Positions 22,712 through 34,454 of a stretch of DNA of 64,000 bases are shown here, in pieces. Position 1 is the stretch's first letter. Every line of letters begins with the position of its first letter. Origin of the DNA: an uncultured Candidatus Rokubacteria bacterium (lineage in GTDB: Bacteria; Methylomirabilota; Methylomirabilia; Rokubacteriales; CSP1-6); contig CAVVEU010000024.1 of the NCBI GenBank assembly GCA_963747235.1, forward strand, positions 32,001 to 96,000, read 5' to 3'. The notes beneath the pieces were generated by a model, which made no database searches, was not told the origin of the DNA, and saw only the letters and a program-made list of their open reading frames with translations. The position numbers were made by a program, and so were the translations under genes.

Positions 22712-23661
22712 CCGTGCCGCCTCGCCGGCGAGGCCGCGGCGCGCAGCGCGCTCGGCGGAAGCCCAGGAGCCCGTGCGGCACGAACAGCACGATCAGGACG
22801 AGCACGAGCCCGATCACGATCGAGTACCACTGCACGTACGACGACACCTTCTCCTGGAGCACGATGAAGAACGCGCCGCCGATGATGGGCCCGACCAGCG
22901 TGCCGAGCCCGCCGATCATCACCATGATGATGAACTCGCCCGAGATGCTCCAGTGCATGAGGTCGGGCGTGGCATAGGCCGCGCGCCCCGGGTAGAGGGC
23001 GCCGGCGAGGCCGGTCAGGACCGCCGAGATCAGGCAGACGCCCATCTTGTAGCGCTGCACGTCGTAGCCGAGGAACCGCGCGCGGTCCTCGTTCTCGCGG
23101 ATGGCGACGAGCACCTGACCGAAGTGCGAGCGCACCAGCACGCGGCAGGCGAGGTACGCGAGCAGGAGGTACGGCGACGACCAGCGTAGTAGATCCGGAT
23201 CGGCGTGTCGATGGCGACGCCGGGCAGGATCTCGGGCGACGGGCAGGCCCTGGATGCCGTCGGAGCCGCCGAAGGTCTGCGTGTAGCGGAAGACGGTGTA
23301 GACCACCTCGGCGAAGATCAGCGTGAGGAGGGCGAAGTAGATGCCCGCGCCGGGATGTCGCGAAGTAGCCCACGACGAGCGCATAGAGCGCCGACGACGA
23401 CCACGGCGAAGCGCGAGACACAGCCAGAGCGAGAGGATGCCGCGCTCGAGCAGCACCGCCGTCGAGTACGCGCCGAGGCCGAAGAACGCCGCGTGGCCGA
23501 ACGACACGAGGCCCGTGTAGCCCATCAGGAGGTCGAGGCTCATCGCCACCGCCCCGAACAGGAGCGCGTCGAAGGCGAGCAGCATGTAGTACTTGGTCAT
23601 CCACGGGGTGAGCGGCAGCGCCGCCAGCGCGGCGAAGACCACCCACGCCCTTCCAGGGCAA
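22708..23661 (-). CDS. Liv-type ABC permease (LivM-like); frameshifted
   Basis: [35 protein letters not shown] and IGGLGT motifs. Confidence 0.85.
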
Positions 23662-23666
23662 GAGCG

Positions 23667-24549
23667 CTACTCAAGGACGCCCTCGCGGCCGAAGAAGCCG
23701 CGCGGCCGGACGATCAGGACCACGATCATGATCCCGAAGATGGCGATGGCCACGCGCTGCGGATTCATCCAGAGCGTGAGCAGGCTCTGCGTGATGCCGA
23801 TGACGAACGCCGCCACGACGGAGCCGCCGAGCGAGCCCATGCCGCCCAGGATCACCACGATGAAGGCGAGCAGGATCATCTCGACGCCCATGGTGCGGAT
23901 ACACGGTGAACACCGGCGCGAGCAGGAGCCCGGCCACGGCGGCGAGGGCCGCCGAGCCCGCGAACGTCAGCGTGAAGACGCGCGGCACGTTGACGCCGAG
24001 GCCGTCGAGCATCTCGGCGTCCTGCACCGCCGCCCGCACGACGATGCCCGCCCGGGTCCGCGTGAAGAAGAGCCAGATGGCGAGGAGCAGGAGCGACGAG
24101 ATCGCGAGCAGGAAGAGCCGGTACTTGCGGGTAGGTCATGCCGAGCAGCGGGATCGATCCCTCGATGGGCGGCAGGATCCGCCGCATGTCGCCGCCCGAA
24201 GAGCTGCCGCGCCCCCTCGCGAAACGCCAGCGCCAGCCCGAACGTCATGATGAGCCCGTACAGCGGCTCGCGCCGATACAGCGGCCGCAGCGTGGCCATC
24301 TCGGTCAGCGCGCCGATCGCCGCCACGATCAGGGGCGCCACGACGAGCGCCACCCAGAACGAGTGCGTCACCGCGATCACCGCGATGCCCGCGTACGCCC
24401 CGAACATGAACAGCTCCCCGTGGGCGAAGTTCATCACGCCGAGGAGCCCGAAGATCACGGTCAGCCCCAGCGCCAGCAGCCCCAGCGCGGCCCCGAACAC
24501 CACGCCGTGCAGGAGCTGCGGCAGCAGGACCGCCGCCGACGTAGTCCAC
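23667..24549 (-). CDS. Liv-type ABC permease (LivH-like); frameshifted
   Basis: GLTVIFGLLGVMNFAHGE and AFIVVILGGMGS motifs. Confidence 0.85.
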
Positions 24550-24552
24550 GCC

Positions 24553-25801
24553 TCACCCCAGTCGGGGCGAGGCGACGGGCACCGTCACTTCTTCTTGATC
24601 TCCCAGCGTGAACCCCTCGATGGGATCCTTGCCGACCATCGCCTCGCCGATGGTGTCCTTGCCCGCGAGCGCGGCGATGGGCACGTTCTTGCCGCCCTTC
24701 ACCTGGTAGAGGTGCATGTCCATGACGACCTGGTGGTCTTCCTTCCGGATGCACTGCCGGCCGATGTGCGTGTTGTCGAGGCACATGCCCTCCTGCGCCT
24801 CGGCCACCTTGTCGGCGTCGAAGCTCTTCACCTTCTCGACGGCGGCGGCCCAGAACAGCACGGCGTCGTAGGCGCCCGCCATGATGTTGCCGTCGACGCC
24901 GAACTTCTTCTTGAACTTGGCGTTGAACGCCTGCATGTTCTTGTCCGGGTTGTAGGCGGAGTAGTGCGCGAGCTGGACGAAGCCCTCCATCGGCTCGGCG
25001 ATGGCGGGCAGGTCTTGCTGCAGCAGGAAGCAGTCGATGCCCGCCAGCTTGTACTTCTTGGTCATGCCGAAGGAGTGGAGCTGCGTCATCAGGCGCAGCG
25101 AGTCGGTGCCCGCGAAGGCCACGAAGAGCACGTCGGGGTTCGACTGGTTGATGGCGCCGAACCACGGGCTGAAGTCCTTGGTGTCGAGCGGCGCGCCCGC
25201 CACGCCGACCACCTCGCCCCCCAGCTTCTCGAGCGCGGTCTTGAACTGCCGGCCGTCGGACTGGCCCATCGCGTAGTCGGTGTAGAAGATGTAGACCCGC
25301 TTGCCCATCTTCTCGACCATGTACTTGGCGAGGCCGGTGGCCTGCATCCGCGAGTCGGGCTGGTTCGAGAAGTAGTACTTGTGGAACTTGGTGGTCCGCA
25401 TGAACTCGGCGCAGGAGACGGAGTTCCAGTGGATGACCTTGTGCTTCTTCGTCACGTCCATCACCGCCAGGGTGGCGCCGCTCGACACCGCGCCGATGAG
25501 GAGCTTGACGTCGTCCTGCAGGATCAGCTTCTCGGCCTTGCGCACCGCGGGGGCGGGCTTGGTCTCGTCGTCCTCGGAGATGATCTCGATCTTGTGGCCG
25601 AGCACGCCGCCCTTGGCGTTCAGCTCCTCGACGGCCATCTGGATGGCCATCGTCTGGTACTTGCCGTAGCCCTCGAAGACGCCGACCTTCGAGCCGAGGT
25701 CGCCGATCTTGACGACCTTCTGGGCGGCCGCCGGCGCCGGCGAGCCACGCCAGCGAGCGCACCGGACACGAGCACCGCGATGCCGAACCTGCTTGCCTCA
25801 T
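24553..25801 (-). CDS. Liv-type (branched-chain amino acid family) ABC substrate-binding protein; frameshift in the signal-peptide region
   Basis: AVEELNAKGGVLGHKIE, DDETKP, GAVSSG, DYAMG and PLDTKDFS motifs. Confidence 0.85.
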
Positions 25802-26522
25802 GAGCTCCTCCTTCTGACCGCATGCGTCGTGGACGTTTCGATCAGCCCCGACAGCGTGAGCGCGATCCGCTGCAGCGGCTCGCGCATCTTCTCGGGGTCG
25901 GGCGCCGCCACTGGGCGTGCCGGCACCCGTCTCGACTCCGGAGCGACATTCCCGCCGGGCTGCCGCCGGGGCGGGAGCCTTGGCGTCGCCTTCCGCCTCG
26001 TCGAAGGCGAGACGGACGGCCACCGCGGCCTTCGGATCGTACTGGCCGACCGCGAAGTCGACCAGGTTGTAGTAGCGCCAGATCGCCTCGAGGAACTTCT
26101 GCCCGGCCGCCACCCGGGCCGGCGCGGGCTCCGTCGCGTCGGCGAGCCGCCGGTCGGCCTCGAGGCGCGAGGTCGCGGACGAGCGCGGCGAAGAAGATCA
26201 TGAGCCCGCGCTCGGCCCGCGGCCCGTCGCCCGCGGCGAGCGCGGCGCGCGTCGGCTCCTCGAGGCCCGGCGGGCAGCCGCGCGGCCTGCGCGCGCATCT
26301 CGGCGCGGAGCGCGCCGGACTCGAAGAGGCGGAGGGCGACGTCGAGCTTCCGCGCCTGGATCGCGAACTTGATCTGCTTGAAGTTGGCGGAGACCTCGTT
26401 GTCGCGCGGGACGTAGGCGCCGACGTGATGAGCCGCGGCCGGGCCGGCGGCGAGGGCGACGAGCAGCGCCGCGGTGACCGGCAGCCAGCGCGCGGGTCGC
26501 GGCCGACGCCGCAGCGCCTCAT
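25798..26522 (-). CDS. Hypothetical exported protein with predicted mature N-terminus His-His; frameshifted
   Basis: Signal peptide ...AALLVALAAGPAAA followed by HHVGAYVPRDNEVSANFKQIKF; ATGA overlaps with both neighbours. Confidence 0.6.
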
Positions 26523-27067
26523 GCCCGCCGCACCAGGCGCGCGCCGACCACGGCCGCGAGCCACCAGACCGCCACGATGGTCGCGCCCCCGAAGGGGATC
26601 CAGACCAGCCACTCGGCGATGGCCTTGCCGCGTCTGCGATGCCGTGGTAGGGGATGAGCGCGCCCCAGAGCAGATAGCCGAACGGGTAGCCGGCGCCGCC
26701 CGACGGTGAGCAGGACGATGAGCGCCCGCCGACGCCACCCCGGACGGGACCAGCGTGGCGGCGGTCATGGTCGTGACGATGATGACGAGCCCCATGCCCT
26801 CCGCGTGCAGGTGGAAGAGGCGGAGGCTCGGCGTCGAACTTCACCAGCGCCTCGTCGATGATCTGCTCGTCGACGTCGCGCACGCCGACCAGGCCGTGCG
26901 TGGCGGGCCGCGCGAGGATGACGGAGCGCGCCCAGCGCGTCAGCTCGAGCTTGAACCGCACCATCGACGCGCCGCCCGACCTCGGCGCAGGCGATCAGGA
27001 GCACCGCGGCCAGGAGCGATGGCGAGCGGCGGGACGCCGCCAGACGTCGCGCGCCCGGTCCCGTCAC
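26519..27067 (-). CDS. Hypothetical 4-TM membrane protein with HGLxG and FHLHAEGMG motifs; frameshifted
   Basis: Reconstructed across frames; paralogous to 27064..27587; GTGA/ATGA overlaps. Confidence 0.6.
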
Positions 27068-27587
27068 GCGGCCCGCCTCCCGACGCGCGCCGCCACCATC
27101 AGCACCGCGAGCGCCGACGAGGCCGACGATCGCGGCGCTGCCCAGCGGGGTGAGGACGTAGCGCTCGACCATCTCGATGCCGGCGTCGCGCCCCCACTCG
27201 AGCGCCGCGAGCGCAGTAGGCGAGATAGCCCAGCGGGAAGAGCGCGCCCAGCCCGAAGCAGCGCGTAGAGGACGCCGCGGGCGCGCGCGCCACGGCACCG
27301 TGCTCGCCGCCACCGTGCGCCGCGAGGATCACGAGCGGGCCCAGGCCCTGGGCGTGGGTGTGGAAGAAGGACAGGCCGGCCTCGGCGGCGTAGACGGCGC
27401 GCGCGGTGACCTCGGCGTCGTACTCGGCGGAGCCGGCCAGCCCGTGCGCCTGCGGATTGGCCGCGACGCGCGCCCGCGCGTAGCCCACGATCTGCGGGCG
27501 CAACTGCGACATCACCGCGCCGGCGGTCTCGCCGAGCGCGATGACGACGAGACCCACGAACACCACCACGAGCGGGGGACGCCTCAT
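27064..27587 (-). CDS. Hypothetical 4-TM membrane protein with HGLxG and FHTHAQGLG motifs; frameshifted
   Basis: ORF 27099..27587 plus fragments in adjacent frames (FPLGYL, TPLGSAAIVG). Confidence 0.6.
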
Positions 27588-27629
27588 GCCGATCCGCGGC
27601 GAGCGTACTCGAGCGCGCGTCTCCCCGTG

Positions 27630-29985
27630 TCAACAAGCCCCACAGGCGGGCCGGCGTGAGCGGCAGGTCGTTCAGCTCGATCCGGAACGGCGCCAGGGCA
27701 TCGGCCACCGCGTTGGCGAGCACCGCCGCGGGGCCGAGCGTGCCGCCCTCGCCGACGCCGCGCACGCCCGCCAGGTTGTCGGCCGGCTCCTCGATGTGGT
27801 CGAGCTCGAGCGCGGGCATGCCGGCCGCGGTCGGCAGCGCGTACTCCATGCAGCGTGCCGGTGAGGAGCTGGCCCGCGTCGTCGTAGAGCGAGGTGCTCG
27901 AGGAGGGCGCCGCCGATGCCCTGGGCGATCGCGCCCTGGACCTGGCCCTCGACGATCAGCGGATTGATGATCGCGCCCGGTGTCCTCGACACACACGTAG
28001 CGGTGAATCGTCGACGGTCCCGGTCGCGACGATCGACCTCGACCACCGCGGCCTGCGATCCGGCCGCGAACGTCCCGCGGATCGGATCGTAGAACCGGGT
28101 GGCCTCGAGGCCCGGCTCGATGTCGGGGGGCAGCCGGTGGGTCTCGAGGTGCGCGACGCGCGCCACCTCGGCCACCGTGATGGCGCGCCCCGGCGCGCCC
28201 TTGACCGCGACGCGCCCGTCCAGCACCTCCAGATCCTCGGGCGCGGCCTCGAGGAGGTGGGCCGCGATGCGGACGATCTTGTCCCGCACGGCCCCGGCCG
28301 CCCGCATCGCGGCGCCCCCGCCGATCACGGCCTGGCGCGAGGCGAACGCGCCGAGGCCGAAGGGCGTGGCGTCGGTGTCCCCGAGGACGACCGACACCGC
28401 GTCGAACGGCACGCCCAGCTCCGACGCCACGATCTGGGCCACCGTGGTCTCGAGTGCCCTGGCCCTGCGACGTGACCCCGGCCAGCACCGTCACCGCGCC
28501 TCGAGGATCCATCCGGACCGTCGCGCCCTCGTGGCCGGTGCGAAAGGGCATGCGCGGGCCCGCCGAGGCGGCCTGACCGAGGCCGGTCAGCTCGTTGTAG
28601 TTCGCGAAGCCGATGCCCACGTAGCGGCCCTCGTTGCCGGAGGCGGGCCTGCTCGGCCCGGAACGCGCCATAGCCGATCGCCTCGACCACCTTCTCGAAG
28701 CACACCGGATAGCTCGGGCTGTCGTGGACGAGGCGAGTGGCCGCGGTGTAGGGCAGGTCGGCGGGGCCGATCAGGTTGAGGCGCCGGACCTCCACGGGAT
28801 CGAGCCCGAGCGCGCGCGCGCCGAGGTCCAGGACGCGCTCCATCACGAAGGTGGTCGCCGGCCGCGCGACGCCGCGGTAGGGGCCCGCCGGGGCGGTATT
28901 GGTCGCGACCGCGACCACGTTGCACCGGTAGTGCCGGAGCTTGTAGGGCCCGGTCAGGAGGCCGCCGGCCATGAGCGCCTCGATCCCCGCCGTCCACGGG
29001 TACACGGAGTAGGCGCCGGCATTGCACGCGGCCTGCACGTCCATCGCGAGCAGGCCGCCCGCGCGATCGAAGCCGGCCCGGACCGTGTAGAGGTGATCGC
29101 GCGCGTGCGCGGCGGCCAGGAAGCCTTCGCGGCGCTGCTCCACCCACTTGACGGGGCGGCCGAGACGCATCGCGAGCAGGCAGAGCGCGACGTCCTCGGG
29201 ATAGAGGACCGCCTTCAGCCCGAACCCGCCGCCCACGTCGGGCGCCACGACCCGGACGCGGTTCTCGGCCAGGCCGAGGATCCCGGCCAGGCCGTGGCGG
29301 GCCAGGTGCGGGACCTGGGTGCCGGACCAGAGGGTGAGCTTGCCCTCCGCCGGGTTCCAGTCCGCGACCCCGCCGCGCCCTTCGAGCGGCGCCGCGGTCT
29401 GCCGGTTCGTGCGGAACGCGCGCTCCACCACCGACGGCCGCACCGGCCAGGGTCGCCTCCACGTCGCCGTTCTCGAACCGGCGCGACAGGAGCACGTTGT
29501 CGGGCGCCGCGTCGTGGAGGACGGCGCGGTCGCCGCGCGCCCCGACGACGTCCACCACCGCGGGCAGCGGCTCGTAGTCGACCTCCACCAGCGCGGCCGC
29601 CGTCCTCGGCCGCGTAGCGCTCGCGGGCCACCACCGCGGCCACCGCCTCGCCCGCGAAGCGCGCCTTCGGCCAGGCCAGGATCGGCTGCTCGGTCTCGAC
29701 GTAGGTCGGCAGCGCCGAGAGCGCGCGCACGCGGTGCCGGGCGAAGTCCGGATCGGCGCCCGTCACCACCGCCACGACGCCCGGAGCCGCCGCCGCGGCC
29801 GTGGTCTCGACGCCGCGGATCCGGGCATGCGCGTGGACGCTGCGCACGAAGGCGACGTGCAGCATGCGGGGCAGCTCGACGTCGCTCACGTAGCGTCCCT
29901 GCCCGGTGATGAGGCGCGCGTCCTCCTTGCGGGGGACGCGCGCCCCGAACACGCTCGACGCTCCGGAGTGCGGCGGGCTGGACAC
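27630..29985 (-). CDS. Xanthine dehydrogenase/CoxL-family molybdopterin large subunit; frameshifted, end approximate
   Basis: RKEDARLITGQG, DVGGGFGLK, GPYRGVARP, SQGQG, GAFASRQ, QGIGGAL and RGVGEGG motifs. Confidence 0.85.
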
Positions 29986-30003
29986 CGGGCGCGCTCGGGC
30001 TCC

Positions 30004-30769
30004 TCAGACCATGGCGTAGCCGCCGTTGACCGATACCACCTGGCCGGTGGTCCAGCCCGACAGCGGCGAGGCCAGGAGCAGGATCATCGGGGTGACGTCG
30101 TCGGGCCGGCCGACCCGCCGCAGCGGATACTGGGCCAGGATCTTCTTCATGCGCTCGTCGTCGGCCCCGCCGGCGTGGGCCTCGAGGTTGTCGGTCTGCA
30201 CGAGCGCGAGGGAGACGCAGTTCGCGCGGATCCCGTAGCGGGCGAGCTCCTTGGCGAGCGACCGGGTCAGGCCGACGGTGGAGGCGCGCGTGGTCCCGGT
30301 CACGAGCAGGCCGGATTCGCCGACCCGCCCCGAGTCTCCCATGAGGTTGACGATGGCGCCCGAGCCCCGCTTGCTCATCCCGCGCGCCACCGCCTGCGTG
30401 ATGCGGAGCGTCCCGGTGACGGTCACGTCCACCTGGGGCGCCCACTCCTCGGGCGTGGTCTCGAGGAACGGCTTGCGCTGGGTCGCGGCGGCGTTGTTGA
30501 CGAGCACCTCGATGGGGCCCAGCTCGCGCTCGACCTGCTGCGACCGCGTCGGCCACCGCCCCGTCCACCCGCAGGTCGGCGCCGACGGCCAGGGCCTTCA
30601 CGCCCAGCGCGCGAGCCTCGGCCGCCGCGGCCTCGGCTCCGCCCGCCGAGGAGTGATAGTGGAAGGCCACGTGGGCCCCTTCGCGGGCGAAGGCCGTGCC
30701 GATGGCCCGCCCCAGGCCCTGCCCGGCGCCGGTGACCAGCACGACCTTGCCGCCGAGCCGGAGATCCAT
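30004..30769 (-). CDS. Short-chain dehydrogenase/reductase with atypical active site; frameshift near 30545
   Basis: TGAGQGLG, LVNNAA and GQVVSVNGG motifs; the YxxxK position reads TGTTR. Confidence 0.8.
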
Positions 30770-30860
30770 GGCCTCGGATGATACCTCGGTGCCCCGCCGG
30801 CGCGGTGCGCCGTCTTCGCCCGGCTTGCGCCCCGCCGGAGGGGTGTGCGAGAGTCCCGCC

Positions 30861-32304
30861 ATGCGCCGGGGCGCCGACTACCTCGCGAGCCTCCGCGACG
30901 GGCGCGCCGTGTTCCTCGACGGCGAGCGCGTCCACGACGTGACCACGCCATCCCGGCCTTCGCCGAGTCCGTCCAGCGCATCGCGGAGCGCTACGACGCG
31001 GCCGCGCGAGGCGCCCGACGTCACCACCTGCGTCGATCCGGCCACCGGCAAGCGGATCGGCGCGATGTGGCTGATCCCGCGCTCCGCGGAGGATCTCGGG
31101 CGCCGGCGGGCCGTCCACCGGTTCTGGGCCGAGGGCTCGTACGGGCTCATGGGGCGCACGCCCGACCACGTGGCCTCGGTGCTCACCGGCTTCGCGGGCT
31201 GGCGCCAGCTCTTCGACCGCGGGGGCCGGCAGTACGGCGACAACGTGGTCCGCTTCTACGAGAAGGCGCGGGACGAGGACCTCTACCTGGCCTACGCGAT
31301 CGTGCCGCCCCAGATCGACCGCACCACGCCGGCCCACCAGCATCCGGAGCCCTTCCTCCACCCCGGGGTCGTGAAGGAGACGGACGCGGGCATCGTGATC
31401 CGCGGCGCGCACTCGATCGCCACGTCGGTGACCATGGCCGACTGGCTCTACGTGAGCTACATCACGCCGCTCGCGCCCGGCGACGTGGACTACGCGATCT
31501 CGCTCGTGGTGCCGGTGAACGCGGAGGGCCTCCGCCTCCTGCCGCGCCGGCCCTACGCGACGCTCGCCACGAGCGTCTACGACTACCCGCTCTCCGCGCG
31601 CTTCGACGAGGTGGACACCACCGTCGTCTTCGACGACGTGTTCGTGCCGTGGGAGCAGGTCTTCGTCTACCGGAACGTGGAGCTGGTGACCGCGCAGTTC
31701 CACGAGTCGCCCGCGCACGTGACCGCGAACTTCCAGTCGCTGGTGCGCTTCGGGGTCAAGCTCGAGCTGCTGGCCGGCCTCGCCCTGAAGCTGGTCGAGC
31801 TCGGGCGCGGGGAGGGGGACGCCGCCACCCAGGCCACGCTCGGCGGCGACATCGCCACGTTCTGCGCCGCCTTCGACGCGCTGGTGCAGGCGGCCGAGCG
31901 CCGCCCGCTGGTGAGCCAGGGCTACGCGCGCCCGCACCCGCAGTACGTCTACGCGGGGATGAGCCTCCAGCGCCGGCTCATCGTGGACATGTACCGGACG
32001 GTGCGCGAGCTGGCGGGGGGCGCCTTCCAGAACTTGCCGTCGTCGGAGGCGAGCTTCCTCTCGCCGGAGACGCCGCGCCGCACACCGAGCGCTACTACCA
32101 GTCCACCACGACCAGCGCCCGCGACCGGGTCAAGCTGCTCAAGCTCGATCTGGGACTTCATCGGCACCGAGTACGGCGGGCCGCCAGCTCCAGTACGAGA
32201 TGTTCTACTCGGCGGCCCAGCCGGTGGTGAATCGCCGGATGTTCCGCTCCTACGACTGGGCCGCCGCCAAGGCCATGGTCGATCGCCTGCTCTCGGAGTA
32301 CTGA
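30861..32304 (+). CDS. 4-hydroxyphenylacetate 3-hydroxylase (HpaB)-family flavin monooxygenase, oxygenase component; frameshifted
   Basis: YLASLRDGRAV, MGRTPDHV, AIVPPQIDR, DYPLSARFDEVD, FDDVFVPWE and C-terminal YEMFY motifs. Confidence 0.87.
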
Positions 32305-32335
32305 TCGGGCCTGCGCGGGATCGCCGCGGCCGGCC

Positions 32336-33937
32336 TCAGGCGACGCCGGCGGCGCGGCGACGGAGCACGCGGCCGGGGAGGGCGCCGGTGTGCTGCCCCG
32401 CATCCACCGCCACGACCCCGTTCACGAGGACCGTCCCGATACCGCCCGCGTACTGGTGCGGGTCGTCGTACGTGGCGCGGTCGATGATGGTCGCGGGGTC
32501 GAAGGTGGTGATGTCGGCCCAGTAGCCCTCGCGCAGGAGTCCGCGCTCCGCCAGTCCGAGGATCCGGGCCGGGGCGCCGGTCATCTTGTGCACCGCCTCG
32601 GGGAGCGAGAGCAGGCCCAGATCCCGCGCGTAGTGGCCGAGCACCCGCGGGAACGTGCCGTAGAACCGCGGATGCGGGCGGCCCTGCCCGGCCACGCTGT
32701 CCGGCGCGACCGCCCGGCCGTCGGAGCCGACCAGCACCGCGGGCGAGCGCAGGAGCGTCTGCACGTCGACCTCGTCGATGGAGCAGACGACCACGAAGGT
32801 GGCGCCCGCGTCCGCCTCGAGGAGATCGCAGAGCAGATCGATCGGCTCCACGCCGGCGCGGCGCGCCAGCTCGGCGATGTTCCGCCCCGCGTCCGCCGAC
32901 CGCGTCCGCGAGGTGCTGATGCTCACCGCATCCCACGAGGCGATGCGCCCGAAGCTGGTGAGGCCGCGCTCGTCGATCTCGCGCATGACGCGGCGGCGCA
33001 CGGCGGGGTCGCGGAGCCGGCCGAGCATCGCGGCGAGGCCGCCCTCCTGGACCCACAGCGGGAGCAGGTTGCGCAGCGGGTTGGCGGCGCAGGTATACGG
33101 GTAGGCGTCGCAGTCGACGCGCACGCCTCGCGCCCGGGCCGCGTCGATCAGGGCCAGCAGCTCCGCGGCCCGCCCGCGGTTCTCGAGGCCGGAGAGCTTC
33201 ATGTGGACGATCTGCACGTGCACGCCCGTTTTCTCGGAGGCCTCGATCGCCTCGCGCACCGCCTCGAAGACGCCGGCCGACTCGCTGCGGAGGTGCGTCG
33301 CGTACGTGCCGCCGTGCTCCCGCACCACGCCGAGCAGGGCGTGCAGCTCGCCCGGCTGGGCGAACGAGCCCGGCGCGGTGAAGAGCCCGGACGATATCCC
33401 GAGCGCGCCCGCGGCCAGTCCTTCCGCCACGAGCCGTCGCATCGTCGCCAGCTCGTCCGGGGTCGGCGCGCGATCGTCCATGCCGACCGTCATCAGGCGC
33501 AGTGTGTTGTGGCCGACCTGCATGATGGTGTTGACCGTCGTCGCGGGGAAGTTGTCCATGTACTCGGCGAACGTGGTCTCCCGCGTCTCGATCCAGGGCG
33601 CGAAGCCCGCCAGGTACTCCTGGAGGAGTCGCGCGCGGCCGGACACCACCGGCGCCAGCGAGAACCCGCAGTGGCCGACCACCTCGGTCGTCACGCCCTG
33701 CCGGATCTTGCTCTCGGCCCGCGGGGCGTACGGCAGGGTGAAGTCGGAGTGGGTCTTGATGTCGATGAACCCGGGCGCGACGATGAGTCCAATCGCGTCG
33801 ACCACGCGCCGGGCCGGGCCCGAGTGCTTCGGCGTGATGGCGGCGATCCGGCCGTCGCGCACCGCGAGGTCGGCGCGCACGGGCTCGGCACCCGTGCCGT
33901 CCAGGATCATGCCGCCACGGATGACGAGATCGTCCAT
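32336..33937 (-). CDS. N-acyl-D-amino-acid deacylase (D-aminoacylase) family amidohydrolase
   Basis: APGFIDIKTHSD, GVTTEVVGHCG, THLRSE, GSDG, PHPRFYGTFPRVLG and KMTG motifs. Confidence 0.9.
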   Translation of the reverse strand: MDDLVIRGGMILDGTGAEPVRADLAVRDGRIAAITPKHSGPARRVVDAIGLIVAPGFIDIKTHSDFTLPYAPRAESKIRQGVTTEVVGHCGFSLAPVVSGRARLLQEYLAGFAPWIETRETTFAEYMDNFPATTVNTIMQVGHNTLRLMTVGMDDRAPTPDELATMRRLVAEGLAAGALGISSGLFTAPGSFAQPGELHALLGVVREHGGTYATHLRSESAGVFEAVREAIEASEKTGVHVQIVHMKLSGLENRGRAAELLALIDAARARGVRVDCDAYPYTCAANPLRNLLPLWVQEGGLAAMLGRLRDPAVRRRVMREIDERGLTSFGRIASWDAVSISTSRTRSADAGRNIAELARRAGVEPIDLLCDLLEADAGATFVVVCSIDEVDVQTLLRSPAVLVGSDGRAVAPDSVAGQGRPHPRFYGTFPRVLGHYARDLGLLSLPEAVHKMTGAPARILGLAERGLLREGYWADITTFDPATIIDRATYDDPHQYAGGIGTVLVNGVVAVDAGQHTGALPGRVLRRRAAGVA

Positions 33938-34014
33938 GCTCGAGGGGACGCGCTGAAGGGAGTGTACCAAGACCTGCTCCCGAGGGGCAAAGGTTCCGCG
34001 CTTCAGGAGAGGAG

Positions 34015-34344
34015 CTACTTCTTCGTAGGCGGTGGGGGTGGTGGCGGTGGTGGGACCTTCGTTTTTGGTGGTGGCCAAGTCCCGGCCAGACGCAGTCTCT
34101 TCTTGGCGTACCGGCGCACGGCCGCAAGAGGGATGAATCCGGTTGGGGCGCCTTGGAGCACGGTATCTCGCATGGCAATCTTGCGCAGGATAGATGCGGG
34201 TACCCGCAGGCGCTTGGCTGCTTCAGTGATTCTCACGCAGGGTTCGCCTTGGCGGTTGTGGCGAACAAGACCCCAGAAAGGGTGGGCCTTCTTCGTGAGG
34301 CGACCGGACCGCGGTGCCAGAATGCGGCGCTTGAGCACAGTCAT
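34015..34344 (-). CDS. Small basic protein with Xis/HTH_17-like segment and polyproline tail
   Basis: VRITEAAKRLRVPASILRKIA resembles an excisionase-type HTH; ends WPPPKTKVPPPPPPPPPTKK; ATGA overlap with upstream ORF. Confidence 0.45.
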   Translation of the reverse strand: MTVLKRRILAPRSGRLTKKAHPFWGLVRHNRQGEPCVRITEAAKRLRVPASILRKIAMRDTVLQGAPTGFIPLAAVRRYAKKRLRLAGTWPPPKTKVPPPPPPPPPTKK

Positions 34345-34454
34345 GTGTTGGCTCTCTTCGGCAGCGGGGGAGGCGGCGGGGGCGGCGGGGGCGGGGGCGG
34401 AGTCGGTCGCGCCGGCGGGGGCCAGTCCCGCTTGTCAGTAGGGCGCGGATCTAC
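34341..34454 (-). CDS. Putative polyproline micropeptide; start uncertain
   Basis: Frame reads DPRPTDKRDWPPPARPTPPPPPPPPPPPPLPKRANT*; its stop overlaps the ATG of the next gene. Confidence 0.35.
   Translation of the reverse strand, partial: VDPRPTDKRDWPPPARPTPPPPPPPPPPPPLPKRANT

Noticed and set aside
27602-27633. Sigma70 promoter TTGACA...TACGCT on the minus strand upstream of the His-motif module
   Set aside because: Spacer is 20 nt as sequenced; plausible only if indel errors are present
34028-34400. G-rich tracts as microsatellite or G-quadruplex elements
   Set aside because: More simply explained as polyproline codons on the minus strand with varied third positions
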